A stretch of 64,000 bases of DNA from Macrostomum lignano (GCA_002269645.1 NIVC01002658.1:88027-152026), one strand, 5' to 3'; counted from the first letter of the stretch, positions 1-14,556 are shown. A program made the numbers and translations. Notes: generated by a model not told the origin, from the letters alone.

Positions 1-852
1 TCTCACTCGGATGTCGATCTCGGCTTCGGAGTCTGTGTCGGCAGTCAATCTCACCGGCCTCTTGTCAAATTTTCTTCACTCAGTTCCACTCCTCTCTTGT
101 CAATGTCTTCAGTCGTCTCCAGTCGTTCTTTTCATCAACCTGATTCTCATCTCATCTCATCTCTCGTACTCAACTGACGATATTTTTAATATTTTTTCTG
201 TACTGTACATGTACCAGTTGTCATCAGTTAAAAATTACTAAATTGTTTGGGGGAGGGCTAGTCTATCCAGTCTCATCTCTATTCAGTCTTTTCAGTCTTC
301 TCATTGGTTCAAAAACTACTCAATAAAAATCTAAGTTTAAAATTCGGTCTTAATATTTTGCATTCGCTCTACTGTTTTTGTATTCAAATTCTTAGTCATT
401 ATGTATTTTTCAAATCGTTTTATACACCATTTATTGTGAATGTGTTTTTCAATTTAATTCGACCTAATTCTAACTCATTAATTTCAATTGGTAATGGTAC
501 TCGAAAATTCAAAAAATGTTCCATTTTTTGGGGGGAGTGTCGCGACTTTCCTAGTCATTTCTTAGTTCACCTTCAATTGTCTCTGTTTACTCCGTTTTCT
601 CTCTCTCTGTCTAGCTCAATCTTGTTATTCTTATCTCTCTCTCCCTTGCTGCGTTCTGATTGGTTCTCCATTCTCGCCTCTCTATTTAGTCGCGCACTCC
701 ACCCCTCTCTTTATTATCTGCAATTCAAACCCCCTAAGTTAATGTCTGGTATAAATATACTTGTTTGGGCCCTGCGCCCACTTACTGGCTTATCTTAGAT
801 TCAATTTAACTCCAATTAAATAGTTTTTAGTTTAGTTAGTATTTTTTCTACA

Positions 853-2478
853 ATATCTGCCTGTAGATTCTGGCTACGATCTGTCTCTATCCAATACGGA
901 TATCTGCCTGTAGATTCTGGCTACGATCTGTCTCTATCCAATACGGATATCTGCCTGTAGATTCGGGCTGCAATCTGTCTCTATCCAATACAGATATCTG
1001 CCTGTAGATTCGGGCTGCAATCTGTCTCTATCCAATACAGATATCTGCCTGTAGATTCGGGCTACGATCTGTCTCTATCCAATACGGATATCTGCCTGTA
1101 GATTCGGGCTGCAATCTGTCTCTATCCAATACAGGTATCTGCCTGTAGATTCGGGCTGCAATCTGTCTCTATCCAATACGGATATCTGCCTGTAGATTCG
1201 GGCTGCAATCTGTCTCTATCCAATGCGGATATCTGCCTGTAGATTCGGGCTACGATCTGTCTCTATCCAATACGGATATCTGCCTGTAGATTCGGGCTGC
1301 AATCTGTCTCTATCCAATACGGATATCTGCCTGTAGATTCGGGCTACGATCTGTCTCTATCCAATACGGATATCTGCCTGTAGATTCGGGCTACGATCTG
1401 TCTCTATCCAATACAGATATCTGCCTGTAGATTCGGGCTGCAATCTGTCTCTATCCAATACGGATATCTGCCTGTAGATTCGGGCTGCAATCTGCCTCTA
1501 TCCAATACGGATATCTGCCTGTAGATTTGGGCTGCAATCTGTCTCTATCGAATACGGATATCTGCCTGTAGATTCGGGCTGCAATCTGTCTCTATCCAAT
1601 ACGGATATCTGCTTGTAGATTCGGGCTGCAATCTGTCTCTATCCAATGCGGATATCTGCCTGTAGATTCGGGCTGCAATCTGCCTCTATCCAATACGGAT
1701 ATCTGCTTGTAGATTCGGGCTGCAATCTGTCTCTATCCAATACGGATATCTGCCTGTAGATTCGGGCTGCAATCTGTCTCTATCCAATGCGGATATCTGC
1801 CTGTAGATTCGGGCTACGATCTGTCTCTATCCAATACGGATATCTGCCTGTAGATTCGGGCTGCAATCTGTCTCTATCCAATGCGGATATCTGCCTGTAG
1901 ATTCGGGCTGCAATCTGTCTCTATCCAATGCGGATATCTGCCTGTAGATTCGGGCTGCAATCTGTCTCTATCCAATACAGATATCTGCCTGTAGATTCGG
2001 GCTGCAATCTGTCTCTATCCAATACGGATATCTGCCTGTAGATTCGGGCTGCAATCTGTCTCTATCCAATACGGATATCTGCCTGTAGATTCGGGCTACG
2101 ATCTGTCTCTATCCAATACGGATATCTGCCTGTAGATTCGGGCTACGATCTGTCTCTATCCAATACAGATATCTGCCTGTAGATTCGGGCTGCAATCTGT
2201 CTCTATCCAATACGGATATCTGCCTGTAGATTCGGGCTGCAATCTGCCTCTATCCAATACGGATATCTGCCTGTAGATTTGGGCTGCAATCTGTCTCTAT
2301 CGAATACGGATATCTGCCTGTAGATTCGGGCTGCAATCTGTCTCTATCCAATACGGATATCTGCTTGTAGATTCGGGCTGCAATCTGTCTCTATCCAATG
2401 CGGATATCTGCCTGTAGATTCGGGCTGCAATCTGCCTCTATCCAATACGGATATCTGCTTGTAGATTCGGGCTGCAAT
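853..2478. repeat. 47-bp minisatellite (ATATCTGCCTGTAGATTCGGGCTGCAATCTGTCTCTATCCAATACGG), ~34 copies
   Basis: Period 47 read directly (TATCTGCC at 901 and 948). No spacers. Confidence 0.97.
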
Positions 2479-2520
2479 ATCCTGTCAATATAATCAGTAG
2501 GGCTGCCATCAGCCCCTGGT

Positions 2521-3096
2521 CTATGCCGCAGTCTGCGTGGTCGATGCCGTATTCTCCAACGCTGAGCTTCGGCCCTCCGCTGCCAGGCCTTTGCGGTGGC
2601 TCCATATGATGACCAAAGGCAGGAAGGTGGCCGGGACGCCAACGATCAGACAGGTGATGATGGGGCTGCCCAGCAGCAGCTGTACGGCCGAGCTGCAGGC
2701 GCGCAAGCTGGCGCCGCCCAGCAGCAGAGAGTAGAAGCAGGCAATGTAGACGGTTGTCAGGCAGAGCAGCGCCAGGCCGAGCAGCACCGCCAGTCGTTGA
2801 GACCAGCCGGCGGCCCGGCGCAGGGTCTGCAGGCTGCAGAGCACGAGGCAGAGGCCGCCCAGGCCGAGGTCGCCGATGCCCACCAGCAGTGCGAGGCCGG
2901 TCCGAACTCGGACGCACTGGGCGGCGAGCTCGAAGCTGCCAACGCAGGCCAGGAAGAAGCCGTGCAGCAGCAGGGCGGCTCCGCAGGCGCCAACCCTGGC
3001 GAAGTCAGTCCGGCGCATCGGCCTGCCATCGTCACTGGCGAACTGGCCGAGCCCGGAGTCGGGCTGGTCAGGCAGCGGACTGACGGCGGCGGTCAT
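2521..3096 (-). CDS. Orphan 191-aa four-transmembrane protein, single exon
   Basis: ATG-to-stop ORF with GC3-rich codons. Four hydrophobic segments at about aa 36-56, 66-89, 102-127 and 140-164. No family motif recognised. Confidence 0.7.
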   Translation of the reverse strand: MTAAVSPLPDQPDSGLGQFASDDGRPMRRTDFARVGACGAALLLHGFFLACVGSFELAAQCVRVRTGLALLVGIGDLGLGGLCLVLCSLQTLRRAAGWSQRLAVLLGLALLCLTTVYIACFYSLLLGGASLRACSSAVQLLLGSPIITCLIVGVPATFLPLVIIWSHRKGLAAEGRSSALENTASTTQTAA

Positions 3097-3357
3097 GTTG
3101 TTGCGGGGCGCGGGTCTGAGCTGCCTGCGAGTGCCGCGGGTCTTGCCTCTTGTATCTAAGACAGCTCACCACCCCAGCTGTCTTAGGCCTCTGGGATTGG
3201 TCCGCGTATAAGGGACAACTTTTTTGTAGAAATCATGTACGGTCATGGACAACTAAAGTCTGCACTCGCAAATCCTGCAGATTTTTCCGGAGACAATGAA
3301 GTTTTTTCGTAAGACTTAAATTTCACATCGCCTTAAAGATTTCAGCATCCAACTTCA

Positions 3358-3870
3358 TCACATCTGAACCTCATAACACCTGAGCCTCATAACACCTGAG
3401 CCTCATAACACCTGAGCCTCATAACACCTGAGCCTCATAACACCTAAACCTCATAACACCTGAGCCTCTTAACACCTGAGCCTCAACACCTGAACCTCAT
3501 AACACCTGAACCTCATAACACCCGAGCCTCATAACACCTGAGCCTCATCACATCTGAACCTCAACACCTGAACCTCATAACACCTGAACTTCATAACACC
3601 TGAGCCTCATAACACCTGAACCTCATAACACCTGAACCTCATAACACCTGAACCTCATAACACCCGAGCCTCATAACACCTGAACCTCATAAAATCTGAA
3701 CCTCATAACACCTGAGCCTCATAACACCTGAACCTCATAACACCTGAGCCTAATTAACACCTGAGCCTCATCACATCTGAACCTTGGTCATTAACGCCTG
3801 GGCCTCAATGCGTAAACCCCATAACACCTAAACCGTATAACACCTGAACCTCATGACACCTAAACCTATG
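3358..3870. repeat. 16-bp minisatellite (CCTCATAACACCTGAG/A)
   Basis: Direct tandem repetition, degenerate at the edges. Confidence 0.93.
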
Positions 3871-4404
3871 GGGTTTAAACCTAATATCTATATCTATAAT
3901 ATTATCTATATCTATAATATTAGGAATGACTTGGCAGCCATCCCGATAGCCAATATTGATGCATCAGCATTTCATGCCCCCCACATAAACGGCTTGCCTT
4001 AGCAGAATTTTATCGACAGAAATCTGTTCGATGCCCGCCGACAGCACCTGATATCCGTTGCGTGTCAACCCGAGCCTTTGCATCGGAAACGCCTTCCTCG
4101 TTTCCCTCAGGCCTTCCGCCAACACTTTTCCCGTAGGGGGGGGGGGGGGTAGGGGGGGGCTAGGCAATCCGAATTCTTGTCTCCGCGATGTAGATTACAA
4201 ATCTAAGCTAAAATTATTTTGATTGCCACAGTTCGATCTACCTTTGAGTTTTAGGCAGGTACCTGTACCAGGTACAGGGATTTATAAGGTGGGAAGGCAG
4301 CTGTCAGTGTGTTTTACAGTTCTGTGCATTTTCTACGTACTGTGTTTACAATAATTTAGTTTTAATGTATGCTTGATAATTACTGTTTGTTTATTGTCAC
4401 TGTG

Positions 4405-4735
4405 TTTATTATCATTGTGTTTGTACCATCATTGTGTTTGTACCATCATTGTGTTTGTACCATCATTGTGTTTGTACCATCATTGTGTTTGTACCATCAT
4501 TGTGTTTGTACCATCATTGTGTTTGTACCATCATTGTGTTTGTACCATCATTGTGTTTGTACCATCATTGTGTTTATACCATCATTGTGTTTATACCATC
4601 ATTGTGTTTATACTATCATTGTGTTTGTACCATCATTGTGTTTGTACTATCATTGTGTTTATACCGTCATTGTGTTTATACCATCATTGTGTTTATATTA
4701 TGTGTTAACTATCATTTTGCTTACTATAGTTGTGT
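4405..4735. repeat. 17-bp minisatellite (ACCATCATTGTGTTTGT)
   Basis: Direct tandem repetition. Explains ORFs 4369-4860. Confidence 0.93.
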
Positions 4736-7139
4736 TTTCTACAAGTATGCTTACGGTCAGTGATAGCGAACCCCAAATCTGCGGCCACTCACTAATTTGT
4801 TTGAAGTCTCTATTTAGCCTACTAACAGTAGTGAAAGAGAGGTTGCTAAAATACATGTAGAGCATGATTGTTGTCAAAAGCTTTGTACTACGTTGAAACA
4901 CAAAACTTTAATCACCATAAATGCTGGCAGAAAAGAAAACAAGCTACATCAAAAAATCATTCCTATAGTCTACAATGAAACTAAAATGGATTATAAAATC
5001 TGTAACAAGGACCCTCAGCTGACAGGATTGCATCATACTCGTACAATCCCCATCTTGACTATCGCGTGACCCTCAGCTGACAGGATTGCATTATACAATC
5101 CCTATCTTGGCTATTGATGACCTTCAGCTGACAATGAGGCAATTATTCAAACAAAAATCTTGAGAAGCTGACAGCTGACATCACGTGACCCTAGGTAGTT
5201 AAGCCCCCAGAGTCCGGTTGTAATAACGGCTGACATTCTCAGGCCATTCCTTCCTCGACGCTGGCCTCCCGGACCTTCCATCTTTGATTTCCGAATGCCG
5301 GGGCACTCGCAGAGAATCGTACTCAAGAGTCGCTCACTCCCAGGAACATCCGCAGCTGCCAGCCGCAGCGAGGAGCGCGGACGGATTGGAGACGAAATAC
5401 GAAAATTGAAGCACTTGGGAAATCGGCTAAGAGCCCCGGCAACTGCGGCCGAGGCCACTTGACTAAGGGGTGCCTGTGCTTGCTTTACAGCAGAACAGCG
5501 GGAGGGAGAGAGGGCTTGATGCAGCTAACGAAGGAGCGCAGTTAGCGTACGCACATCATATGAAAGCAGCAATATTTTGCCTCTTAGGCTCATCAACAGC
5601 GTCTTGTTTACCCCGGCAATCACCGCTTGATAGAGGAAACAGCCAGCTAGAGAGCTCTCCTTCTTAGTCGGATTTTTGGTACCGATGCGGAGAATCTGCC
5701 ACTTTTTAATTAAAAACCTTGGGTTTGAACGAGGCACGACGGTCTTGGAATTCCGTCAAAAATTGATGCTGGATTGAGAGGCCTTTGATTTCGTCCCTTT
5801 TTAGCATAACAGCGTCTTTCGTCGGCGAACGTCATGTAATGTAAGAGTACATATTTTAAGCTACGTCGAACTACTGTACGTGTTCGGGTATATGCCTATA
5901 AGGCTTGGCCATAGACAGTGTGCTTTTAAACGAGCCTCAGACTTTCTTCAACACGATTTTCGAGACTCCAGTCCTAAGAGATTAAGACGTCCTTGACTAT
6001 ACCATGACAGCGGTCGTAACTTTCACTCTGCTGCAGTAAAATTGAAACAACAGTAAGTAATAATATTAATAACTAATTTTTTGTTTGGACAGATACGTCA
6101 GTAACCTATATACTAATTTGCACTCCAGCTGGTGGGGACTCTGACTAAAACGCTGCTGAAAAAGGCTGCGACTGATCGTTCGAGATGACGCCTTAACTTT
6201 TTCGCGTTTTAGCCCTAGCTACATGTATATATGCAGCCACTATTGTCTATTATCACTATTGGCCTGTTGCCAGTTTCCAATGCTACATGGTCAACTACAG
6301 TAGCCGTCTCTCAAATATTTCTGCTTCTGTTGGCCATGTTAATAAATTTTAAAATCAAACGCCAACAATCATTATGAATTTGGGCCTTCAATAAAACCTA
6401 TAAAACTATTGGCTTGTGGGTGCCTGCTTATCTGGTTGTTCTGTTATTCAGCTTTCGCATGCCCATTGAAGTGCAAACAGTGGTTGCCTCCAGTAATCTT
6501 GTTCCAAGTCGCATCACAAGGAAGACATCATCGTCATCATCAGTCCAGGCCAGCATCCATCAGACCAAAGACAAGGCAGATATGCGGCTGGGAGGCCCAT
6601 CCCGAGAGAGAGCTACCCCCCCCCCCGCCATCCCCTCCGCGTGCTGGCACTCGCACGGTATTTTTGCAATTAGCTGTCTAACCATGCACCAGCGCACCGG
6701 GCATAAACACACGGGCACGATCCCCCTCCATTGCATTTCCCAGTGGATCTTTCCTAGCAGAAGTATAAGACAAGTTTGGGGATCCATATTGTTCCCTTAT
6801 ATAGTACTGTCTATATAAGCACAGTCCGAAAAATAGCAGTCGAAGTTAATCTAGCAAAAAACGGCAATTTAGTAACTGGATACACGGCGGGGCCATCTGG
6901 AACTTGGTTCTGGTTTCACCAGTCAGCTGACACTCTGCAGGGACGATGCTTCATCACTGACCCAGTTACTAGCATTTTTAGCTATTTAATTTTCATCATT
7001 TGTTTATTGATCTTCAAGTGTCTGCAATGACTGACGGAGCAGGATTTCAGACTTTCGCGTTAGCAGCTGGGAAATGCATGTAGTTGATAAGGTCTCGCTG
7101 TGTGGCACTTGCAGATTCTCTGTCAGTAAAAATAACAGG

Positions 7140-8068
7140 ACAGAAACTGCTGTCAGTGGCGGATTCTCAATCTGTACAGCAGAGAAACTGCTGTCAGTGG
7201 CAGATTCTCAATCAGTACAAGAGAGAAACTGCTGTCAGTGGCCGATTCTCAATCGGTACAAGAGAGAAACTGCTGTCAGTGGCCGATTCTCAATCGGTAC
7301 AAGAGAGAAACTGCTGTCAGTGGCAGATTCTCAATCTGTACAAGAGAGAAACTGCTGTCAGTGGCAGATTCTCAATCTGTACAAGAGTGAAACTGCTGTC
7401 AGTGGCGGATTCTCAATCGGTACAAGAGAGAAACTGCTGTCAGTGGCGGATTCTCAATCGGTACAAGAGAGAAACTGCTGTCAGTGGCCGATTCTCAATC
7501 GGTACAAGACAGAAACTGCTGTCAGTGGCGGATTCTCAATTGGTACAAGAGAGAAACTGCTGTCAGTGGCCGATTCTCAATCTGTACAAGACAGAAACTG
7601 CTGTCAGTGGCGGATTCTCAATCGGTACAAGACAGAAACTGCTGTCAGTGGCAGATTCTCAATCTGTACAAGAGAGAAACTGCTGTCAGTGGCAGATTCT
7701 CAATCTGTACAAGAGAGAAACTGCTGTCAGTGGCAGATTCTCAATCAGTACAAGAGAGAAACTGCTGTCAGTGGCCGATTCTCAATCGGTACAAGAGTGA
7801 AACTGCTGTCAGTGGCAGATTCTCAATCTGTACAAGAGAGAAACTGCTGTCAGTGGCGGATTCTCAATTGGTACAAGAGAGAAACTGCTGTCAGTGGCGG
7901 ATTCTCAATCTGTACAAGAGATAAACTGCATTCAGTGGCGGATTCTCAATCGGTACAAGACAGAAACTGCTGTCAGTGGCAGATTCTCAATCTGTACAAG
8001 AGAGAAACTGCTGTCAGTGGCAGATTCTCAATCTGTACAAGAGAGAAACTGCTGTCAGTGGCAGATCT
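7140..8068. repeat. 41-bp minisatellite (GAGAAACTGCTGTCAGTGGCGGATTCTCAATCGGTACAAGA), ~22 copies
   Basis: Period 41 (7141 and 7182). Explains ORFs 7074-8093. Confidence 0.96.
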
Positions 8069-8429
8069 GTCTCAGGCATCAATTGTAAGCTAAATTTAGG
8101 AGTGTCACAATAGACAGCTCCCCAAAAAATGGACGCTGAGTAGCGGAGCACAATTGAAAGTCGGCAAGGAGAGATTGGTCAGACCAAAGCAGGTAATTCT
8201 CTCATTCTGTCAGCTCATCAACCTTTCAGCGCTGGGCTCAGTGAGGCGGTTGGAGCACCAGCTGCACTCAAAGGCAGCAGCTTCTTCCTGAACGACTAAA
8301 GTGGAGATCCATGAGTCGAGTGGTCTCAAAATCTTTTTTTGAAATTCAATTTTAATTGTTAAAACGGCGGCATTGAGTCTGCAGTAAAAATGATTTATTC
8401 TGAATATAATACGATGAACTGTATTTTTA

Positions 8430-9432
8430 CTCAGTCTCACAGATCTCTCTCAAACAAACTCACACTCGTGTAGTCTCACAACTCTCACACCATCTCAGAC
8501 TGTCGCACGACCTCACTCACTGTCTTACTCTCACTCTCCGTCTCAGCCTCAATCACTGTCTCACTCTCACTCTCTGTCTCACTCTCACTCTCACTCACTG
8601 TCTCACTCTCACTCACTGTCTCACTCTCACTCTCTGTCTCACCCTCACTCACTGTCTCACTCTCACTCACTGTCTCACTCTCACTCACTGTCTCACCCTC
8701 ACTCTCTGTCTCACTCTCACTCACTGTCTCACTCTCACTCTCTGTCTCACTCTCACTCCCTGTCTCACTCTCACTCTCTGTCTCACTCTCACTCACTGTC
8801 TCACTCTCACTCACTGTCTCACTCTCACTCACTTTCTCACTCTCACTCTCTGTCTCACTCTCACTCACTTTCTCACTCTCAATTACTGTCTCACTCTCAC
8901 TCTCACTCACTGTCTCACTCTCACTCACTGTCTCACTCTCACTCTCTGTCTCACCCTCACTCTCTGTCTCACTCTCACTCCTTGTCTCACTCTCACTCTC
9001 TGTCTCACCCTCACTCTCTGTCTCACTCTCACTCCCTGTCTCACCCTCACTCTCTGTCTCACTCTCACTCCCTGTCTCACTCTCACTCTCTGTCTCACTC
9101 TCACTCTCTGTCTCACTCTCGCTCACTGTCTCACTCTCACTCCCTGTCTCACTCTCACTCACTGTCTCACGCTCTCACACAGTCTCACACTCTCACAGTC
9201 TCAGACTTTCACACAGTGTCACTCTCACACAGCCTCACACTCACACACAATTTCAGACTGTCACACAATCTCATAATCTCACTCAACATCTCACATTCTC
9301 CTTTACACTCTCACACAATCTCACTCACTCCCACTCTAGATCTCACTCTAGATCTCACTCTAGATCTCACTCTAGATCTCACTCTAGATCTCACTCTAGA
9401 TCTCACTCTAGATCTCACTCTAGATCTCACAC
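8430..9432. repeat. TCACTC/TCTGTC low-complexity array, ending in a 12-bp CTAGATCTCACT array (9335-9432)
   Basis: Direct inspection. The SESET-type ORF is a by-product. Confidence 0.92.
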
Positions 9433-10150
9433 CAAATCTCACCAGCACTCCCAATCTGAGTCCAACTCAGAATCTCTCACTAAAAGCTTCCCTCGCGCCA
9501 TCATCGCCGCAGTGATTCGCCCTCAAATTCGAATTTCGATCTGTCAGTTTTCTCTCGCTTTCAAAACACAGGCGGGGCCGCCATCGACTGCCCCCCGCTG
9601 CAGTGCTGCCGCGCCCGTCGAAGCGGCAAGCTCAAGCCGGACCCCCCCCCCCAGCTCCCCATGCATGCGGACCTAATGAGCCGGGCCCTTGGCTTACTTC
9701 ATCTTCAATCGTCCTCAGCTTGCACGCCACGCAATCATCGACCCCCCATCTGATTTCGCATGTCTCGCCTTCCAGAAGTGCAGAATATCAGTACTCAGTT
9801 GCTATCATGCCGGCTATGCGATTCGGAAACTTGAATGTTTTACTTTCTCGAGGCTTGTCCGATTGTTCGGAGAGTCTGAGAACTGTGACGTCATCTGACA
9901 AATAATTACGAGCTGATTAAATGTCCTCACGCCCTCGTAACGTCATCACAAAATTGAAAAGAAACCCCCAAGCCAGTTAGAATCTAGCAAAGGCCTTCTC
10001 TGTCAAAGGCCTGATTAGTCAAAAGGTCAATAAGGGCTCAAGGCGGGCCCGCTGGCTAAACAAGATTTCTAGTCAATTAAACAATTAATTATCCTGACTG
10101 CAGACCCTCGATTTCGGTGTCCGAGAAGCTAATTATTATAGCCTTTTTTT

Positions 10151-10885
<735 letters not shown>

Positions 10886-12479
10886 GACGGTTCGCCCATC
10901 TGTGACAACAATTTGCCCTCCATGCCCAGCGAGCAGTTTGCAGCCAATGGCTGAATCGCACAGGACTGGCTGAAGGCAGAATGGCTGAATCGCACAGGAC
11001 TGGCTGAAGGCAGAATGGCTGAATCGCCGCTGTCGGGGATTCGCTGAAGGCAGTGGAATAAATTCAAAGCTGACGAGAGTCCACAGCTGAGCAGTCAAGG
11101 AAAACTGATTGCAGTCCCAGGCGAGGATTGGGATACGGAAATCGCATAAACTGTCTGACGTGGTGAGTGGCAACTGTGTTTAAAATTATTGTTAAAGAGT
11201 TCTGGTTAGGGTTATGACTGGGTTTGTGACGAAAGTGCGTCGGGACGGTGCCAGTCGCCACCCCGTAATCAGAGACGGATGTGCGAGTCCGAGTAGCCTC
11301 ATTCGATCCGGCTCGCTCATGCGTCCAAAGGATGCTAACGAAAGAAACGAGAAGCAAGGAAAATTGAGAGAAATCAGAAATCCAATCTTCCTTTTAGACT
11401 TTTCCGTAACTCAGTTCGTATAGGGAGATGGAAAATAAATAATTAGCCTAGGAAGCGGTCATGGGATCTCAAGTATGAAGGTAGTCGGATCTGATCTTAT
11501 CTGTATTCATTTCGGTCAGTCAGTTGCCATGGCTTTACGGCTAAGCAGCTCGTAGACGCGCAGGTACAGGTTCCAATTAATGGAAGAGGAGAGAGAGATG
11601 CCAGACTTGTTCTTGTAACTGTGGGGCCGAGCTGTCAGCTTTGAGTGACGCTTGGCACGCAACATATGGCTGGGAAGCAGCCGAAATACTTTCTCTCCGG
11701 TTTAACAAGAGAGAAATCCCGAGTCTGATGATGGCTGCTGCAAGTTGCCGACCTGCCGAATTGGGAAGCGTAAGTAGGCGCTGAAATCCTCTTAAGCGGG
11801 CTGGTGGCAGACCCGCAGCAGCGGGCACTTCGTGTTTCACTGAAAACTATCCCAACCGAGTTTTTCACCCCTTCATTTCGGCCCTGCGCCTCCCGCTATT
11901 GAGTTTCGTCTTTTGCGTTTCGTTTCCGATTCCAGCAACATGCAGTCCTGGGTGGTCCTGGACTGCCATAACGTTTCATAACTTGGTCCAACACTTCAGT
12001 CTCTCCTCTGCAGCGCAATCCCTCACAGTAAAAAGGTACTCGAGCGCAGGAATACGCTATGAATATGCTAATTAATTGCGGCTAGGAGTGCAAATTGAAG
12101 GAAATCCGGGCGGCCATTGAAGCGGAAAGGGCTGCGCTGAGCAAACGGAGTGCCCCACGCCCCGTCTCTCCAGTCCGCCCTAAGCCACGAAGTTGTTTGC
12201 CCCGACAAGCCAAGATGGCGTTGCAAAGCAGAGAGAGAGGAGAGAGCAGATTTCTGCTTCAAGGATGCGAGCGTCCGGCGACTTATTAATGGGAGCGGAG
12301 CTCTCCGGAATGCATTCAATCTTTCGCAGTCCACTAAACTTGGCTCTCTGCGGCTCTCGCTTTCACGTTTGTGCATTCGCAGATTTGGCGAGCCTTCCAT
12401 CATGGCGGTTGATTGCAGGGTTATGAGGCGAAGGGCTGCTTGAGTAATAGTAGCTGAAAGTCATTTTCCCAATGTCAGC

Positions 12480-12878
12480 GTGATTTTTGTTATAATAGTT
12501 AGCTGGGCTGATTTGAAACTGCGTGATTTTTGTTATAATAGTTAGCTGGGCTGATTTGAAACTGCGTGATTTTTGTTATAATAGTTAGCTGGGCTGATTT
12601 GAAACTGCGTGATTTTTGTTATAATAGTTAGCTAGGCTGATTTGAAACTGCGTGATTTTTGTTATAACAGTTAGCTGGGCTGATTTGAAACTGCGTGATT
12701 TTTGTTATAATAGTTAGCTGGGCTGATTTGAAACTGCGTGATTTTTGTTATAATAGTTAGCTGGGCTGATTTGAAACTGCGTGATTTTTGTTATAATAGT
12801 TAGCTGGGCTGATTTGAAACTGCGTGATTTTTGTTATAATAGTTAGCTGGGCTGATTTGAAACGGCGTGATTTTTGTT
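12480..12878. repeat. 43-bp minisatellite (GTGATTTTTGTTATAATAGTTAGCTGGGCTGATTTGAAACTGC), ~9 copies
   Basis: Period 43 (12481 and 12524). Confidence 0.95.
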
Positions 12879-13184
12879 TCTAAAAAATCTATTTAATCGG
12901 TTATTGACTTTCTTCTTTTTTCCCGGAGTTTTCTCCTTTCAACACAAAAAGGAAGCAAGCTTGGCAAAATATTGGAGAAAATATTTGAAAAAATGAGGCA
13001 GAATTGCAGACTCGGGACACTCCAATTAATGATCATACTTTGAAGATTTTGAGGAAAAGACGCGCGCATAAGCTTGAAATATGAATTTCTTTAGCTAACT
13101 ACGTTTCAGTGGGGCTGGCGGTACTGGTATAGCTTCTGGTGAGGGCAATAAGAATGTCAATCAATGTTGATGGCGCGCTAAAAT

Positions 13185-13768
13185 CAGTGGTGATGAGGCA
13201 CCAAAAACAGTGCTCATGGCGCCATATCAGTGCTCATGGCGCCAAAATCAAAGCTGATGACGCCAAAATCAGTGCTGATGGCGCCAAAATCAGTGCTGAT
13301 GACGCCAAAATCAGTGCTGATGGCGCCAAAATCAGTGCTGATGACGCCAAAATCAGTGCTCAAGGCGCCAAAATCAGTGCTGATGACGCCAAAATCAGTG
13401 CTGATGGCGCCAAAATCAGTGCTGATGGCGCCAAAATCAGTGCTCATGGCGCCAAAATCAAAGCTGATGACGCCAAAATCAGTGCTGATGGCGCCAAAAT
13501 CAGTGCTGATGGCGCCAAAATCAGTGCTCATGGCGCCAAAATCAAAGCTGATGACGCCAAAATCAGTGCTGATGGCGCCAAAATCAGTGCTGATGGCGCC
13601 AAAATCAGTGCTGATGACGCCAAAATCAGTGCTGATGGCGCCAAAATCAGTGCTGATGGCGCCAAAATCAGTGCTCATGGCGCCAAAATCAAAGCTGATG
13701 ACGCCAAAATCAGTGCTGATGACGCCAAAATCAGGGCTGATGGCGCCAAAATCAGTGGTGATGGCGCG
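13185..13768. repeat. 21-bp minisatellite (GCGCCAAAATCAGTGCTGATG)
   Basis: Direct tandem repetition. Unit divisible by 3 explains the open frames. Confidence 0.95.
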
Positions 13769-14279
13769 CCAGAATCTTGCCTACCAAAGTCTCGTCTGGA
13801 ACTACAAAATATGGATTTAGTCTTGAGCCCTATAAAATTGAGTGCTATTTTGTAATAAAAGGTGAACTATTAATTTATCTAGGCACCGGACTCCCGTGAC
13901 GGATTTTAACATCGGCAGTGAGGCTGCAGTCCTGTCAGCAGGCTTGACTTCAGTTGACAGCAATTACTCAAAATTATGGCCCATAATAAATATTTACGAG
14001 CAGAATTAAAGTCGGCAGTTTGGTTAATACACCACAGCTCATGGTATCCGAGGCAATTCATATTTCTACTATCACTATATGCAAGCCTCCTGAGAATTAG
14101 AAATTTCAGCGGCTCGGTGTGGATCTTGGGAAAAACTTTTGACGTAGGTCTGACCCGAAACTTCTCTGGATTAGAAATTTTATAATCCTGGAATGGGCTG
14201 CCAATTGAAATTCTATTTATACTTTATAGTTGTTGCAATAAACTTGATTTAAACACCTTGACTTGACTTGAACACCCAC

Positions 14280-14556
14280 AAGTACCCGCTTCCCATTGTT
14301 GCAGGGTATCTAACACCCACAAGCACCCCAATTCGCATTGTTGCAGGGTATCTAACACCCACAAGCACCCCAATTCCCATTGTTGCAGGGTATCTAACAC
14401 CCACAAGCACCCCAATTCGCATTGTTGCAGGGTATCTAACACCCACAAGCACCCCGCTTCCCACTGTTGCAGGGTATCCAACAACCACAAGCACCCCACT
14501 TCCCACTGTTGCAGGGTATCCAACAACCACAAGCACCCCGCTTCCCATTGTTGCAG
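14280..14556. repeat. 42-bp minisatellite whose unit ends in the GPCR splice-acceptor sequence (CATTGTTGCAG)
   Basis: About 6.5 copies of GGGTATCTAACACCCACAAGCACCCCAATTCGCATTGTTGCA immediately before the GPCR start exon. Confidence 0.9.

Noticed and set aside
853-2478. CRISPR-like regular arrays (also 7140-8068, 12480-12878, 34780-37755)
   Set aside because: Units are head-to-tail with no unique spacers, there are no cas genes, and the context is eukaryotic.
3964-4167. 67-aa minus-strand ORF, and other short GC-rich ORFs at 5147-5458, 9603-9905 and 11577-12443
   Set aside because: No recognisable domain, no consistent splice partners, and no clear codon bias.
7074-8093. 339-aa and 238-aa ORFs
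   Set aside because: Translations of the 41-bp array cycling through three frames.
8485-9515. SESET-rich and SH-rich ORFs
   Set aside because: Low-complexity DNA, open on both strands, with no splice or codon-usage support.
13139-13855. 238-aa ADGAKIS-repeat ORF resembling an antifreeze or ice-nucleation protein
   Set aside because: A 21-bp unit without stops is open in several frames; no signal peptide or unique domain.
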